Below, in pieces: positions 60,880-64,000 of a stretch of 64,000 bases of DNA (position 1 is its first letter; every line of letters starts with the position of its first letter). A program made the position numbers and the translations under genes. The stretch comes from an uncultured Solirubrobacteraceae bacterium (GTDB taxonomy: Bacteria; Actinomycetota; Thermoleophilia; Solirubrobacterales; Solirubrobacteraceae), in NCBI GenBank assembly GCA_963758055.1, contig CAVWTU010000007.1, positions 12,503 to 76,502 on the forward strand, given 5' to 3'. The notes under the pieces were generated by a model that did not search any database, had not been told where the DNA came from, and saw only the letters and a program-made list of their open reading frames with translations.

Positions 60880-62437
60880 CTAGTGCAGCGGCTGGGCGGA
60901 TTTGGCGATCGCGAGCATCTGCGCGTTGGAGAGTTCCTCGAGCAGCGTGTTCGTGACCCAGTAGAGGACGCTCCCGTCGCGCCAGCCGATGACGTGGATG
61001 TGGGAGCCGTCGTCGACGAGTTTGTAGTCGCGGCCGTCGAGCTCTGCGTGCGCGGGCATGGGCGAACAGCGGCGGGTTCAGCCAGTCGGTGCCCTCGAAG
61101 TCGTAGTAGCCGCCGATCGTGTTCTGCTGCCAGACGATCGACGTAGGCGTGGTGCAGGTGTCCGTGCTGGTCGCGCAGCGCGTACGGGCGGTCCTTCGCT
61201 GGTTCGCCGGCGCCGGTCTGCAGCCGCGGGTAGAGCACCCGGAAGGGGAGGCCGAGGGCCGGCTTTCGACGGCTTCGCCCGTCGTGGGCATCGAGGTGCA
61301 GCCGATCCCGGCCGAGGCGCGCGCGTGCTCGCATGGGCGTGGTAGCTGGCGTGATGTGAGCTCGGTGCGGCCGGCTGCGGCGTGCGATGGAGCGCTGCGC
61401 CTTCGTTCGGGCCGTGCAGGAAGTCGTCCAGCGTGGCCTGCTCGAGCTCGGGCGTGGAGGTGACGTAGGAGCCGCCGTTCCGATGCACCGCGATGTCGCG
61501 TTCGAGCTGCGGAACTTGACCTGGCGCAGCGGCTTTGCCTGGGAGAAGGCGATCAGCTTGGCGAGTTCGATCAGCTCGCTGGCCGAGGCGTTGATCGTCG
61601 TCGTGATCGCCTGGCCGACGGCCTTGGCGACCGTTTCGATCTCGCCGTGATGTTGCTCGGCGAGATCTGCTCGCGCAGGTCGCGCAGGAAGTCCTGCTGG
61701 CGGGCGACGCGCACGAAGTCGGTGTCGGTGTGGCGGTAGCGCACGTAGTCGAGCGCGTTTTCGTAGCAGAGCTTCTGGTAGCCGGGCTGCAGGTTGATGC
61801 TCGTGTAGTCGGTTTCCGGCGAGCCGACGTTCTCGTTGTAGTAGCGGTGGTCGACGTTCACGTAGGCGCAGCCGAGCGTGTCGACGACTTTGATGAAGCC
61901 CGCGAAGTTGACGTCGACGATGCCGTTGAGCTTGCAGGCCGGGGAACACTTCGCGCTCGATCGTTTCGGCGGCCAGCAGGATGCCCCCGCTCGCTGCCGC
62001 CGAGCCTGCTGCCGAGCGTGTAGGCCGCGTTGATCTTCTGCGTCGGCAGTAGACCGGCCTTCTTTGGGTTTGATGTTGACCAGCAGGTCGCGCGGGATCG
62101 AGAGCACCGAGGTCTGACCCTGGTTCGGGTCGAAGCGGACCAGCAGGATCGTGTCGCTGTGCGGCGGGTCTTTCCGGTCCAGGCGTTCTTCGAGCCGCGC
62201 GCCGGTCGGAGCCGAGCACCAGGAAGGTCTGCGGGCCGCCGTCGTATTCCGGCGTGACCAGGCCCTTGGGCGTGCCTTGATCTGGCTCTGCGGAAGACCT
62301 CGTCGGCGAGCCCGCTGGCTTTGTTGAGGCGCGACGGTCGCGGTCGCCGCGCCGCCAGCGCGGCGATCAGGAAGGCCGCCAGCGGCGAAGCGCTTCCACA
62401 TGCTCAGCCAGAGCGATGGCGGGCGCTCGTCATCCAT
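60880..62437 (-). CDS. LytR/CpsA/Psr (LCP) family cell-wall glycopolymer ligase; heavily frameshifted
   Basis: LVLGSDRR, HSDTILLVR, LSIPRDL, KINAAY, VNFAGFIKVVD, ALDYVRYRH..DFVRVARQQDFL; N-terminal TM. Confidence 0.85.
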
Positions 62438-62605
62438 GGGCTGCGGGTACGCTCGAGTTGGCTGCGGGGACATGGTTGGCGCGCGGGCGCACCGGCAGGC
62501 CCCACCGACAGGCCCCCGGCCCCGGTGGACGCAGGGGCGCACTCCGCGAACAAGGGTAGCGGCCCAGACGGCGTCAGCGGCCGGTTAGGCGGCTACGCTC
62601 GGGCG

Positions 62606-63980
62606 GTGTTCAGCCCTCGCAACCGGGAGCTCCTGGGCCTGCTTCCGTCGGCGCTGCTCGTCACGGCCGGCTTCACGGCGATCTTCATCCAGACGCAGAA
62701 CAACACGCCCCACGCCGCCACCAACCTCACGCTCAACCACGCCTCGAGCGTGTCGCTGACCTACGGGCTCCTGTTCCTCGGGCTGTGCCTGGCGGCGCAC
62801 CTGGTGATCCGCTTCGCGCTGCCCGACGCCGACCCCTACCTGTTCCCGCTGGTCGGCGGTGCTGGCGAGCGTCGGGATCGTGATGGTCTACCGCATCGAA
62901 CCCGTCGCTCGCGCGCCAGCAGGCGCAGTGGATGGTCGCTCGGCCTGATCCTGTTCGCCGCCACGATCCTCGCGCTGCGAAACCGGGGCGTGGGGGTGCT
63001 CGAGCGATACCGCTACACGATCGCCGCGGTCGGGATCGGCATGGCACGGTGCTGCCGCGGCTGCCGGGGATCGGCGAGCAGGTCAACGGCGCCTACCTGG
63101 CGATCCACATCGGCAGCGTCGCCTTCCAGCCGTCCGAGCTCGCGAAGGTCGCGATCGTCATCTTCCTGGCGAGCTACCTGCGCGACAACCGCCAGATCCT
63201 CGTCACCGCCGGCCGCCGCGTGCTCGGGCGCTGACGATCCCGCCGATGAAGCAGTTCGGGCCGATGCTGATCGTCTGGGGCGCGGCGATGGCGACGCTGC
63301 TGCTCACCCGCGAGCTGGGCACCTCGCTGATGTTCTACGGCGCCTTCCTGGCGCTGCTGTACGTGGCCACGGGGCGGTTCTCGTTCCCGTTCATCGGGCT
63401 GGTCCTGTTCGCCGTCGGGGCGTGGTTCGTCGCCGGTCCACGTCAGCCACGTCCACGCCCGCGTCGTGGCCTGGGAAGAACCCTTCAACCCGACGCTCTA
63501 CAAACGCGAAGTGGGCGGCAGCTACCAGCTCGCCCAGTCGCTGTTCGCCCAGGCCGACGGGGCCTGCTCGGCACCGGCTTCGACCGCTCGCTGCTGCGCG
63601 AAGCACCACGGCGCACGCCGATCCTGCCCGTGCCCGAAAGCGACATGATCTACGCCGTCATCGTCAACGAGCTCGGTCTCGCGGGCGCGGTCGCGCTGCT
63701 GGCGGTCTACCTGCTGGTCGTCGCCCGCGGCCTGAAGACCGCGGTGCTGGCCCGGGACTCGTTCTCCAAGCTGCTCGCGACGGGGCTGTCGTTCGTCCTC
63801 GCCCTGCAGGTGTTCGTGATCGTCGGCGGCGTCACGCGCGTGATCCCGCTGACGGGCGTGACGCTGCCGTTCGTCGCCTACGGCGGCTCCTCGGTGGTGA
63901 TGAACTTCGTCCTGGTCGCCCTGCTGCTGGTGATCTCCGACCGCGCGCGGCGTCCCCGGGCCGGTCCGAGACGGACCTGA
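62606..63980 (+). CDS. SEDS family peptidoglycan polymerase FtsW/RodA; frameshifted
   Basis: NRELLGL, ADPYLFP, FQPSELAK, ELGTSL, YQLAQSLF, ESDMIY..IVNELG, IPLTGVTLPFVAYGGSS. Confidence 0.9.
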
Positions 63981-64000
63981 TCCGGGCGCCTCGCGCGCAG

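Overview
Very GC-rich actinobacterial chromosome segment, most like Thermoleophilia/Solirubrobacterales (inferred from gene style and content). It is almost entirely housekeeping genes on the + strand: aroH-hisC-two DAHP synthases-tyrA-aroA-cmk-der-metK-priA-def-fmt, a MocR regulator/flavoprotein pair, rsmB-rpe, a five-gene surface glycosylation cluster, ribDE(BA)H, rpmB-fakA-recG-rsmD-coaD, yceD-rpmF-plsX-acpP-rnc-smc-ftsY, nfeD/SPFH, ffh-rpsP-khpA-rimM-trmD-rplS-lepB-rnhB, thiD, ilvD, xerC, a WhiG-type sigma factor, an EF-G paralog, rnhA, an LCP protein and ftsW/rodA. Many essential genes carry single-base frameshifts in patches, best explained as long-read indel errors rather than pseudogenes, so several gene ends are approximate. 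I saw no rRNA, tRNA, CRISPR array or transposase. The most interesting signals are: (1) an unannotated two-gene module at 51.7-52.6 kb with a small ubiquitin/MoaD-like protein (FFPRAAGG plus a short tail) and a membrane-anchored Cys-containing partner; (2) a 26-codon Trp/Phe/Tyr-rich leader peptide, missed by the ORF track, upstream of the DAHP synthase operon; (3) class I-beta and class I-alpha DAHP synthases that read in frame as an apparent fusion; (4) a recurring TANNNT box 5-9 nt before start codons, suggesting widespread leaderless mRNAs. All calls come from reading motifs by eye; no searches were run.
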